Of a stretch of DNA of 64,000 nt, positions 11,904-22,701 are shown in pieces. Source of the DNA: Selaginella moellendorffii (taxonomy: Eukaryota; Plantae; Lycopodiophyta); assembly GCF_000143415.4 (NCBI RefSeq), contig NW_003314277.1, forward strand, positions 865,878 through 929,877, given 5' to 3'. Numbering within the stretch: position 1 is the stretch's first letter; each line of letters starts with the position of its first letter. Below the pieces are notes generated by a model. That model was not told the origin of the DNA. It was given only the letters and a program-made list of their open reading frames with translations, and did no database searches. A program made the position numbers and the translations under genes.

Positions 11904-12709
11904 AGTAACATCGGCCACCGCCAAGAGTTGCCCGAGCCCCGCTAGAAACGCTGCTTTGACGTCGACGAGTGGTAACCAACCTCAAGCTTCGCAAGCCTGC
12001 CACCGTTCACTACCCTCGTCTTCCACGGTGGAACAAGCTCCGGCCGTGTCGGTGGTAGAGCTCGAAGTGCACTCAAGGAAGCCTTTCCACCACCAAAGAG
12101 CTTCTCCACATCGTCGAGCGATCCAGGACCCTCGAATGGCTGGATCGGGGTGAAAAACTCTCCAGTGGCCAGATGACAGCTCACAAAGAAAGCCTCCGTG
12201 ATTTCCCTGCCAGCACTAATTTCCATGGGGAAATCCTTCCAAATCCCTGCTGTTTCCTTGCTAAGTGAACTCCTTCACGGCCCTCTAGGGACACCATCGC
12301 CTGGACTCCGGGTATGTCCACTGCAAGGCTGCTTTTGCTATCATAGTCACCTTCGGATGCCTGTTAGTGCCCATCGCATCGCTGCCTCGCCGCACCTCTA
12401 CAGAGACAGAGTGCGGGGGAAGAATATGAAGAAGCCCTATTGAGGCAGAGCTTCGCCTGTGAGCTTCATGGCTCTCATGATCTGCATTACGTTGCGCGAG
12501 TGAACTGGATCAAGCCCGCTGCCCATAGGAATAGAGCTGAACAGAATGTTCTCTGATACCATGATGGAACGGGAAAAAGCTACTATTCAATGCTTGTTGT
12601 ATACAGTCTTATATACTCGTTCATCTCCTTTAATCTCTCCTAAACCTGCTGCAGATTCCTGTGTCCTTGACGCCTTGATTCCTGCTCCAACAAAGAGAAA
12701 GCATACCGC

Positions 12710-12918
12710 TCTGCTGCTAATTCCCCAGGACGCCCAGGGATCAGCCATTGGCGAAAACTCCGTGTTAATGACAAGGGAGCCTCGCTTGGACGATCCAATG
12801 GCGCACCCAGCTGAGCGCTCACCACGGCAAGCACCATCGTCTCACCTTGCTCAGATCCATCTTCCCTGCCGAGAGAAAGATTTCGAGCGGCGAGCGGCGG
12901 TAACCCTTAAACTCTAAT
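12710..12918 (-). pseudogene. Inverted, more degenerate RRP45 exon-2/upstream fragment
   Basis: Reverse complement matches VVSAQLG.P.DRP.E.SL..NTEFSPMADP..PGELA.E and the upstream motif ATTAGAGTTTAAGG. Confidence 0.8.
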
Positions 12919-12977
12919 TGTTGTCCTTATTATCATTATTATTATTAGTAAGACATTTGATTATGATTATCAAAGCT

Positions 12978-14052
12978 TTAGAAGGAACTTCGTCCATGAT
13001 AGTCACTCCTAACCAGCTGAACCAATTGAACAAGCCTGTTATTCAGTGGCTGAAGAGCCCTTGCATTTTCTCCCTATATAGAAAAAGAAAATAACTCCTG
13101 ATTATTCATTTGATTAGTGAGTAAAGATACCTTCAAAGCAGCTTTGACTGAGAAATACTGGTTTGTTGTGAGACTTCTCGGCTGTGGAAACCAAAGAAAA
13201 ACAAAAACTATGAGCATAGAAGGCAGGTAGCAGGACTCTCACCTGGGAATAAACATTCCACACGACATTCTCGGAATATGGAGGGGTTGTAAGCGAGCCA
13301 TTGTATCGGAAGAACATGTCCGCAGGGATTCGAAGCAGTCCGGGATTGATAGTTCTTATAAACACAGCCTTGCTTTCTTCCGGGGAGGATGCTAACGTTG
13401 GAAGATAGCGTTCCAGCTGAAGTTTAAAATAAATTTAAGTTTTACACAAAACAAGAACAAGAATAAATCCACCTGGGTAATAAATGGATCTGCCCTTGGT
13501 CCAACATTATAGAGCAATCCAATTACTGCAATGTTCCCTTCGGAATTCTTGTGAACCACATGAATCTCCATAGGATATCTGCAAAGGATCATAGTAAACA
13601 ATTAATAATCTATGAGGAGACTCCGAAAACCTTTTGCCATTAATGGTATGCTCGCTTGGCATGTGAAAGTGAACATTTTCGATGTGGTATATTTTCCGGA
13701 GAAGATTAAACTGCCCGGCATCTCCAAGAAATCCCACCTAGTTTTGAAAGATGTAAGAATAAAAAGACAATAATTCTAGCTACAAACAGTGAGTTCTCTG
13801 TGATCTTTTTCCCCGCCATTTTCAAAGATTGCAGAGGAGGATTTGTATCTTGTGTCCACAATTCCTGGAGTACCAACTGACCCCCGGAAGCTCAAAGCAA
13901 TTGGCGACTGATGTTCTAGACCACTGGTAGCATCTGCCAAAAGAGAAAAACACGAAGAAAAGCCTCAGAGTAGAACTCTACATATCCTTCTGTGGCTATT
14001 AACCTGCGAGGAAAACCAAGCAAAGAAAGGAGACAATCTTCACTGGAAGCAT
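12978..14052 (-). CDS. Secreted alpha-carbonic anhydrase (copy 3, inverted, apparently intact)
   Basis: Same 7-exon structure as copy 1. HFHMPSEH, MEIH and GSLTTPPY are retained and splice sites are intact. Confidence 0.85.
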
Positions 14053-14339
14053 TGTTGTGCAAAGGATGAATCTGATAACAAGGGAAAGGAGTGTCTGAAT
14101 TTAAACTGGACTCATCACCATTAGAAAACAACAACATTGTGTACTGCAAGTTGGAAGGTGACAAACTCCTTAATGTAGAAAAGCGTGTTTTTCATGCGCA
14201 AAAACCATCACATTTAATAGTTTAAAGTCGTAATCTAGTTTATAATTCATAGACATGGTCTAGTAGGTTTATAATTCATTAAACATAATAAAATGGCTTA
14301 ATCCTATTAGAGTTTGAGTTTTTTGTGTACCGACTGGAT

Positions 14340-14797
14340 ATTTTAAGTCTCTCCTGCATGTGCATGCTTTTTCTACATTATGTAGTTTGTCAACTTGTAC
14401 CACACCATATGGTACCAAAGCTATTTATCCTTTGCACACCAATGTGCTTGGTTGTAAACATGACATACTAATCCTCGTCTGGGATCTTTGAACATGGCGG
14501 GTCAAAGATCATGGTTAGTCCCTGTTGTTCTTAAACATCTTTCAAAACTGGGCAGGATTTCATGGAGATGCTGGGCAGTTTAATCTTCTATGGAAAATGT
14601 ATCACGTCGAAACTGTTCACTTCGGCATCACACACCATCGATGGCAGAAGGTTTCTGGAGTCTCCTCATAGATTATTATTGTTTACTATTATCCTTTACA
14701 GATATTCTATGGAGATTCACGTGGTTCACAAGAATTCCGTGGGATGGATTGTTCTATGATATTGGACCGGGCAGATGCGTTTATTTTACCCAGGAAT
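14340..14797 (+). pseudogene. Alpha-carbonic anhydrase remnant (copy 4)
   Basis: Fragmentary matches (HTIDGRR, YSMEIHVVHKNS) with many deletions. Confidence 0.8.
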
Positions 14798-14937
14798 AAG
14801 TTTTTAAGAAAATCAATAATTAAAATAATTAAAACGCTTTCATCTTATCGCCTAAACACCATCCTGATTCACTGGCTATAATAATAATATAATAAGACTT
14901 TAAGCTTATTAAAGTTTAAGGTTTAGGGTTTTTGGCC

Positions 14938-16805
14938 ATGGCGGGCAGCGTGCGCATTAGCATCAACGAGCGGGAGTTCGTGGAATCGGCGCTGCGGCAG
15001 GAGCTGCGCGTCGATGGCCGGGCTCCCTTTGATTCTCGCCGCTCGCTCATCAATTTCGCCAGGTAAGAGGAGAAAGTTCTCTCGATTCGCTCGAAATCTC
15101 TCTCTCGGCAGGGAAGATGGAGCTGTGGAAGTCCAGCAAGGGGAGACGAGGGTGCTGGCCGTGGTGAGCGCTCAGCTGGGGACGCCATACCCGGATCGTC
15201 CAAACGAGGGCTCCCTGGTCATTAACACGGAATTTTCGCCAATGGCTGATCCTTCCTTTGAGCCTGGGCGTCCTGGGGAATTAGCAGTAGAGCTGGGACG
15301 TGTTATCGATCGTGGCTTAAGGTATGCTCCATCACTTTCTCTCTCTCTCTCTCTTTTCTTTTCGTGTAGAACAATCGACTTCACTGTTACTGTTTCCAGG
15401 GAAAGCAGGGCCGTGGACACAGAATCACTGTGTGTTCTAGCAGGAAAAGCCGTGTGGTTTTTGCGCATCGATATTCACATTCTAGACAATGGAGGGTAAG
15501 CTTTTTTCTTGATGTTTGGTCCATTCGAACGATAGCATTTGGTTTTCATTGGCAGTAATCTTATAGACGTTGCCAATCTGGCTGCTCTAGCTGGGCTTCT
15601 CTCGTTTCGAAGGCCGGAATGTAGCATTGGTGGTGCAGATGGTCAGGATATAACTATCCATCCTCCTGAGGTTTTCTCAAACGCTCTCTGCTTGATCTTA
15701 TTCTGGCCTTGTGCTTTCAGGTTCGCGAGCCACTTCCTCTTACGCTACATCATTTGCCAATAGCTGTAACATTCGGGTTTTTGGCTGATGGCGAGCTAGT
15801 CGTAAGTTTTCGTTGTGTGTGACACTTGTCGTTGTTTTTCTTATGAATTTTACTTTGCAGGTGTTAGATCCTAGCTTGAAGGAAGAAGCGGTGATGGGTG
15901 GCCGTTTAACAGTGACTGTCAACGCTCACGGAGAAGTTTGTGCGATCCAGAAAGGAGGTGGTGTTGCCGTCCGGATGAATGAAATACTACGATGCATGCG
16001 TATAGCAGCGTCAAAGGCCGCTGAAACCGCGGCTCTATTGAAGAAAGGGGTATGCTTCTTTTCTGCTTTTCCTTTTCAATTTACAATGCGGTCGCTTCTC
16101 AGGCCGAAAGTCATGAGATCGAAAGAGCGCAAAGAAAAGTCCGACGGCATCGACCGTCAGAAGACAGCAAGACCGCCCAAGTCGTTGCTGATACAGTTCC
16201 ACAGCTTAACACAGGCCCACAGCTTAACGAATTCACTTCAACCGGAAGCTTAAAGCTGGAAGCTGAAGCTACACCGATGGAAAGCGACACGGACAGCGAA
16301 GAGGAGGAGCCGGACGCGAAAGAAGACACAGCACGGAAGGAGGAAGGACGACTGTTCCAAGGCGGTGCTTCTACTTGGTATGCAAGTCACGTCACTTCAG
16401 CTTTCCTTGTATCGAATTGACATGAACGTTTCACTCTCTCAGGAGTCTCCAGAGCGCAAAACCACTCGGTAAAGTTCCAAGTTTTTCCTTTTTCCCTGCT
16501 TTTAACTGTAAAATGCAGATGCTGAGGCACTGGACGAGTTTGATCTGGCAGTCAAAAAGTCAGTGAAAGTGGAAACACAGCCAGGAGGGATTCAAGGCCT
16601 GGTTTCTGCGGCATCAGTGTACCAAGCACTTCCGCCACAACAGCAAGACAGGCAACTTGGTCCCGTGTTTTCGACGGAGAAGAACACAGATGTAGAGATG
16701 GTGGAAGTGGCAGCGCAAAAAGAAGCAAAGCTCGAGCCAACGAGTCTCTTGGACGCTGTGAAAAAGAAGCCAAAGAGGAAGAGGAAGAAGAACCAGGGAC
16801 AGTGA
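14938..16805 (+). CDS. RRP45: Exosome complex component RRP45 (RNase PH domain), multi-exon
   Basis: NEREFVESAL..ELRVDGR, PYPDRPNEG, EFSPMADPSFE, RESRAVDTESLCV, RIDIHILDNGGNL, FRRPEC, AIQKGGG; acidic and basic C-terminal tail. Confidence 0.93.
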
Positions 16806-17071
16806 TACTAAGTTACCAAAGACTGTGGATATGTCGATGGCCCGACACGTGGTTCCAGGGGATTGGCTCAGGTCCGTGCTGTACGTAAGGGCGGTGGTGG
16901 AGACAATTTTTTTTTGGTTCTCTTCCTTCGCCGGCAAAGGCGAGATGGGTCGCTTGGATCGTAGGCTAGGCCGGTGGTAGATCGCTCTCCCGCCCCCGGG
17001 AAGTCAATGGGTTCCAGGATTTGATCGGCTTTTAGTGGGTTCTTGGCTGGAGAAGATCTTTGGAAGGCGCA

Positions 17072-18823
17072 ATGGGGTCCGGCAGTGCGCTCACAGGGAT
17101 CGGCAACTCTGGTAGCAGTGGTCCTTCCCGAGCAACGCAAGGATTTGGAACTGGAGTGCCAAGAGAGGATATGAGGATCCAGCAGCAGCAAGAACAGCAG
17201 CAGCAGCAGCAACACCAGAAAATCCCGAGTGCTCCGGTGGCAATTCTGTGGGACATCGAGAATTGCACGGTTCCAGGCGAGGTGAATCCCGAGGAGGTTG
17301 CTGGAAACGTGAGGATGGCGCTGAGAATGCATTCTTCTACCCGGGGCGCCGTGAAAATGTTCTCGGCTTATGGCGACTTCAACCATTTCCCACGCAAGGT
17401 GAGAGAAGGCTGCCAGAGAACCGGCGTCAACCTCATCGACGTTCCAAACGGCAGGAAGAATGCGTCGGACAAAGCCATCCTCGTGGATATGTTCCTGTTC
17501 GCGCTGGACAACCGGCCACCCTGCACCATCCTTCTCATCACCGGCGACGTCGACTTCGCCCCGGCGCTCCACAAGCTCGGGCAGCGCGACTACACGGTGG
17601 TGCTCGCCATTCCTTCCGGATATGTCTCCGGAAGCCTTTGCAGCGCTGGGAAGTACGTGTGGGACTGGACCAGCGTTGCTCGGGGACACGGCCTCGTTCC
17701 GGCGAGGCCTTTCCAGCCCCGGGAGAGTGTGGATCGACGGTTCCCGGTGATGTTTAGCGACGAGTCGGGTGACGAAACTGGCAGAGGCGCCGCCGGACTC
17801 TCGCCACCTATTCCAGTTCCTCAGCCTCGGGGGTACGTTAGGAGGGAGGGCAGTGGCGAGTGGGGATTGATGCAGCAGCAGCAGCAGCAGGAGCGTCACT
17901 CTCCGCAGCAAATGAGCCCGAGTCCTCAGTGGACTCAGATCAATGTGCGAACAACGTCGCAACCAAGCACGTCTTCGGCACTTCCGGTGGAGCCAGAAGA
18001 TCCAGGGAGCCCGTCCTTCGTCCAACCGGGGGATATCTCCGGTTTGAAGCGGCAGCTCGTGAAGCTACTGAGCTTGCACGGCGGGAAGATGCTGATGCTC
18101 AAGATACCATCGAAGTATATCAAGCTCTACCAGAAGCCACTCTACATGGCCGACTACGGGTCGCGCAGGCTGGTTCACTTGATCGAGAGGATGCAAGACA
18201 CGGTGTGTATCAAGGGAAAAGGCTCACAGAGGAAGGTCCACCTGACGGCCATGGGGAAGCGCATGGCTGCGAGATACAAAGAGGTGTGGGGGAGCGCTTG
18301 TGAAGGCAAAAACGACGAGGACGATGACGAAGAGGACGACGACGACGAGAGGGAGAACGAGGTGGAGGAACAGGAGATCGAGGCTCCAAAGGAGGAATCC
18401 AAGAGCATGGTGGACGAGGAAGTGGTGGTTTACGTGAGCAAGCTGGACGTTTCTCAAGACTCGTCCGACTCGCCGGATGAGCGAGGCAGCGAGCAGCATC
18501 GAGAGGTGGAGGAGGTGATCGAGATCCAGGAAGTGGTGGAGAGTAGTAGTGGCAGTGGTGGTGGTGGTAGTGAGCTTGCGAGAGAGGCTTTCAAGCGGGA
18601 GCTCCAGGAGCTGCTGGTTAGCTTCCAGTATCATATCCTGGTGAGTGATCTTCTCAGGATCTACAGACAGAGGTACTCCAAGGATCCAGACTACGCGGCT
18701 TTTGGCGTCCAGGATCTGGAAGGGCTCCTAGACAAAGTCAAGGATGTTGCTGTGCTGAAGGGAAGAACACGGGACAAGATGGTCCTTGTCGCCAATGTTG
18801 GGTTTGTAGAGACTGAAGATTAG
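17072..18823 (+). CDS. NYN-domain endoribonuclease with two OST-HTH/LOTUS domains (DNE1/MARF1-like), intronless
   Basis: VAILWDIENC, FSAYGD, KNASDKAILVDM and LITGDVDF (catalytic Asp residues present), followed by two OST-HTH-like regions. Confidence 0.9.
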   Translation: MGSGSALTGIGNSGSSGPSRATQGFGTGVPREDMRIQQQQEQQQQQQHQKIPSAPVAILWDIENCTVPGEVNPEEVAGNVRMALRMHSSTRGAVKMFSAYGDFNHFPRKVREGCQRTGVNLIDVPNGRKNASDKAILVDMFLFALDNRPPCTILLITGDVDFAPALHKLGQRDYTVVLAIPSGYVSGSLCSAGKYVWDWTSVARGHGLVPARPFQPRESVDRRFPVMFSDESGDETGRGAAGLSPPIPVPQPRGYVRREGSGEWGLMQQQQQQERHSPQQMSPSPQWTQINVRTTSQPSTSSALPVEPEDPGSPSFVQPGDISGLKRQLVKLLSLHGGKMLMLKIPSKYIKLYQKPLYMADYGSRRLVHLIERMQDTVCIKGKGSQRKVHLTAMGKRMAARYKEVWGSACEGKNDEDDDEEDDDDERENEVEEQEIEAPKEESKSMVDEEVVVYVSKLDVSQDSSDSPDERGSEQHREVEEVIEIQEVVESSSGSGGGGSELAREAFKRELQELLVSFQYHILVSDLLRIYRQRYSKDPDYAAFGVQDLEGLLDKVKDVAVLKGRTRDKMVLVANVGFVETED

Positions 18824-18876
18824 CAACAAAAAAAAAAAAAAAAAAACAAGCGAAAGAAAAAGAGGTTGAAGGATTT

Positions 18877-20583
18877 TTAGTGCACATTCTTTGAAGAATA
18901 TACAAGAGGTGATACTTTAGGAAATTTTTCTTTGTGCTCTGATCGTTCTAAGCAATCTATGATGACCCATATGTGCTCCTCAATTAGCACTAGACCATAG
19001 TCATTTATCATTGCAAGCAAATACCAGCGGCATTCTTCCAGCATTCCTTTTTCGCTGCACCCTGCTAGAATGCTTATCATTGTAATCTCATCAACATCAA
19101 AGCCTTCCAGATTCATGGTAACCATAAAAAAAATAGCACACTTCACATTTCCAGCATTTGAGACTGAAGATATTACTGCAGACCATGCTGCTGAGTCTCT
19201 CTCAGGCATTCTATCAAAGAAGATTCTTACTTCTTCTACATGCCCTGCCCAGGCATATGCTCTCAACATTGCCGTCCAAGATACCACACTGCGCTCCGGC
19301 ATCTCCACAAAGAGATTCTTGGCATCTTGAAAGTAGCCATTCTGCGAATATGCCACCACCATTGCCGTCCAGGAGATGACGTCTCTCTCGGGCATCTTGT
19401 CAAACAGACACTTCGAATACTCAACATCCCCTTTCTCGGCATACGCTTGAATCAAACAATTCCAAGATACCAAGCTTCTCTCTTTTATTGAAAAAAATAT
19501 CCTTCTACAATCTTCAATTTTTCCAACTAAAGCATATCCTTCTAGCATTATGTTCCACGTGATCACACTCCAATCTGCCATTGCTTTAAACAAACGTTCT
19601 GCTTCTAGTATATGCCCATTCTGAGCATATGCGGCTAGCATAATATTCCAAGAGACCACATTCCATCCCGGCATTGTGTCAAAAACGTTTTTACAGTCGC
19701 CAAAACTTGAAAACACCTTTAGCATTGTGTTCCACGTCACTATGTCTGGCCTGGGCATCTTATGAAACAACGCCTCAGAAAGCGCCAAATGCCCGTTTTG
19801 GGCATATGCCATTATCATGGCATTCCACGTCACCGCGTTCTTTTCCGGCATCCTCTCAAACAGATCCACCGTGGCGGACAGCTGCCCGTTGTCTGCAAAC
19901 GTGGTCAGCGCGGTATTCCACGACACCACATTCCACTCGGGCATTTGCTGCAGGACAGCGTGCGTGGCATCCACGTCGTTGTTACACGCGGACAAGACTG
20001 TATTCCACGTCACGATACCTTTCTCGGGCATATCATCAAACAGTGCCTTGGCCTCTTGCGTGTTCTCGGTTCGGACATAAGCAGCGATCATCGTGTTCCA
20101 GGAGATAACATCACGCTCGGGCATTCGATCAAACACATCCTTCGCTTGGATCAAATGCCCACACTCGGCATTTGCTTTGATCATTGCGTTCCAGCTCTCA
20201 AGGTTTCGATCAGGCATTGTATCAAAAATGTTTTTAGCCTTTTCGACGTAACAAGATTTCGTGTAAACTAGCATCATTAAATTATACGACATGATGTTTC
20301 TAAGCAATGTCCCTTGAAATATCCTCTCGGCCTCCTCTAGATGCCCGTTCGCGGCATATGCCAAGAGCATCGAGTTCCACGAGAAAACGTTGGGTCGTGC
20401 GATGCCGTCAAATACGCTCCTTGCTTTAGCCACGTTGCCACGTCGGCCGTGCATCTGGATGGCCAGATTTGCGAGATATCGATCACCCTTGTGAGCACTC
20501 AACACTCTCTCGTGGAGCGTTTGTGCTTCCAGAGCGCTATTGCAGCGCTTAAGCCTGGATGCAAGAGAGACATCTTCATCCAT
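18877..20583 (-). CDS. PLS-class PPR protein with a run of short ~31-aa repeats, lacking E/DYW
   Basis: Repeated MPERDVISWN.M..AYAQNG motifs. The C-terminus degenerates after an L2/S2-like region. Confidence 0.85.
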   Translation of the reverse strand: MDEDVSLASRLKRCNSALEAQTLHERVLSAHKGDRYLANLAIQMHGRRGNVAKARSVFDGIARPNVFSWNSMLLAYAANGHLEEAERIFQGTLLRNIMSYNLMMLVYTKSCYVEKAKNIFDTMPDRNLESWNAMIKANAECGHLIQAKDVFDRMPERDVISWNTMIAAYVRTENTQEAKALFDDMPEKGIVTWNTVLSACNNDVDATHAVLQQMPEWNVVSWNTALTTFADNGQLSATVDLFERMPEKNAVTWNAMIMAYAQNGHLALSEALFHKMPRPDIVTWNTMLKVFSSFGDCKNVFDTMPGWNVVSWNIMLAAYAQNGHILEAERLFKAMADWSVITWNIMLEGYALVGKIEDCRRIFFSIKERSLVSWNCLIQAYAEKGDVEYSKCLFDKMPERDVISWTAMVVAYSQNGYFQDAKNLFVEMPERSVVSWTAMLRAYAWAGHVEEVRIFFDRMPERDSAAWSAVISSVSNAGNVKCAIFFMVTMNLEGFDVDEITMISILAGCSEKGMLEECRWYLLAMINDYGLVLIEEHIWVIIDCLERSEHKEKFPKVSPLVYSSKNVH

Positions 20584-22701
20584 TTCCCACTAAAGGAAAG
20601 CTTGAGATAAATTGGCCAAGCTGGGAGTAAAATGAAAGTTCTCATGCAAGGATGCATGCAGAATCAACAACCCCAGATATGAGATTTCATTGGATCCTAT
20701 TTGCACTTGGTATATGCATAGCTCGACATTGTGCATACTTATATGGTAAGTCTCATTTGTTGGATGGATTATATAACTTGGGAACTTGGTGTGTTGGCCT
20801 ATTATTCCAAAAATTTCAGCTAGTCACTAAAGAAGAAAAATGAAAGCATTAATCTCATTAATCTTGATCGTAATTACATCCTTTGTACTAAAATCTAAAA
20901 TTTACTTTAATTGGTACACTTAAGTTATGATAAAATATAAAAAGAAATTAATCCTTTTTTTAAACAAGGAGTAATACTATTTTATATTGTAATGATTACT
21001 GTGAAATTCAATGATTAGGGAGAGGTCTTTTATAAGATTTCAATACATCCTAAAATTATATAAAAATATAATCAAAAAGTATATTATTTTTATTTTAAGA
21101 AAAATCATAATGTAAGGTCCAAATATACAGTTACGATGTTGTATACTAATATTAGCGTGATAATTGTTGGACTGGTTTTGAGTTGATCACTTACTCTTTG
21201 TATATAAGCCAAGGTTTTTGGCTAATTGATATATATATTTCTATATTACATTTCCATATCCATGCACTTATATTGGTGGAGATGAAGGGCAACTTTGATT
21301 ATCCCTAAAAAATGCTTGGATTTAAGATTTTGGTTTAGATCTTTCCTTATAACTTTTTTAATTTTTAGTTTATTTTCATAGTAGAGTAGTAGCCTCTTTC
21401 TCCTTTCTATAATATCAATGTTAAGATCCAACACTAAAAGATAAAGATCTAATCTCTCTTAACTATGTTATGCTTCCTCTTGACGTTTTTCACCATCCAA
21501 CCACTTTTGAGCTACATTAAAAGTTCCATTGTGAGCCCTAGAGTAGTTTTGGAGTAAGTGTAGTTACTTGATGCTATGTGATTATAGTTGAACAATCAAA
21601 CTCAATTAGTAATAATATTCATAACATATGGTATAGTTCCTCCTACTTTTACTATCAATCCTTATGTCTGACTAGAGTTCTTTTGTAGGAATTCTAGGGA
21701 TGATATGTACCATTGGTTTAATTATTTTATGGTGATTGCTACTTATCATTTTTACAATGATGCTTGATATTTGTATGAGTTTCTTGTATATCTCTGCATT
21801 GCAATAGTACAATAGTTTGAGCATAGCCACTCATGTAAATTAAAACATTCTCATGGACACTTTGGGCCATTTAAGTCAATGATGTAATTTAGCATTTGCT
21901 TCTAAAGTTTTTTGCTTTGTGTGGAGCCAAATATATCAAAGTAGATCATATTAAAAATGTTGTGGCCAACACTTTATCAAGATCTGATAGGACTTATACA
22001 TAAACTTCAAGTGTCATTTTCCTTTGCTAGAAATGTTAAAATTCTGTGCAAGCATTCTCCATGTCATAATGAGGGGCAAAACATAACAAAAAGTAGCCTC
22101 AAATTCATCTATCATAGATATTGGTGGTTTTTTGGAAAATGGGTGTTATCTAAACTTGTAAAGTCCTTGGGTGTTTGAACTTCATCTTATGATGAAGCCT
22201 AATAGAAGTATTTGTTTTTATATCGATTATCATCATTAAATAAAGTGACTATCTTAAATGTGTATCGTCACACTGTTGATCTCTTAGATTGTCCAGGAAG
22301 AAGTAGTTGGTTCACCAAGTTAGATATTATTTTTGGGTATTGATAAGTGTTTATGGCTGAAGAAGATAATTCTTATGATTGTTTTTTGTATATCATTTGG
22401 TTTGTACAAGTTGTTAGTGATACCATTCGGTTTGACTAATGCTTCAGCAACTTTCTAATTTATGATGGATAGGTTTTTTGTGATATGCCGGAAATGACTA
22501 TTGACTTAATCGATGATGTGTTAATCCACTCAGAGGGGATGTATAAAAAGTATATCCATGATGTTTATAAAGTGTTAGATCAATTATAGAAAGTTAATTT
22601 AAAGTTGAAGCAGTTGAAGTATGTATTTGGGTCCAAAGACATGATTTATCTTGGGTACCGTATTTTTTGTAAAAGTTTGTAAGTTAATCCTAACAAACTT
22701 G

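Noticed and set aside
16868-18634. Long antisense ORFs over the NYN gene (and likewise over the PPR, protease and LTP genes)
   Set aside because: These are shadow ORFs of GC-rich coding sequence with no recognisable motifs.
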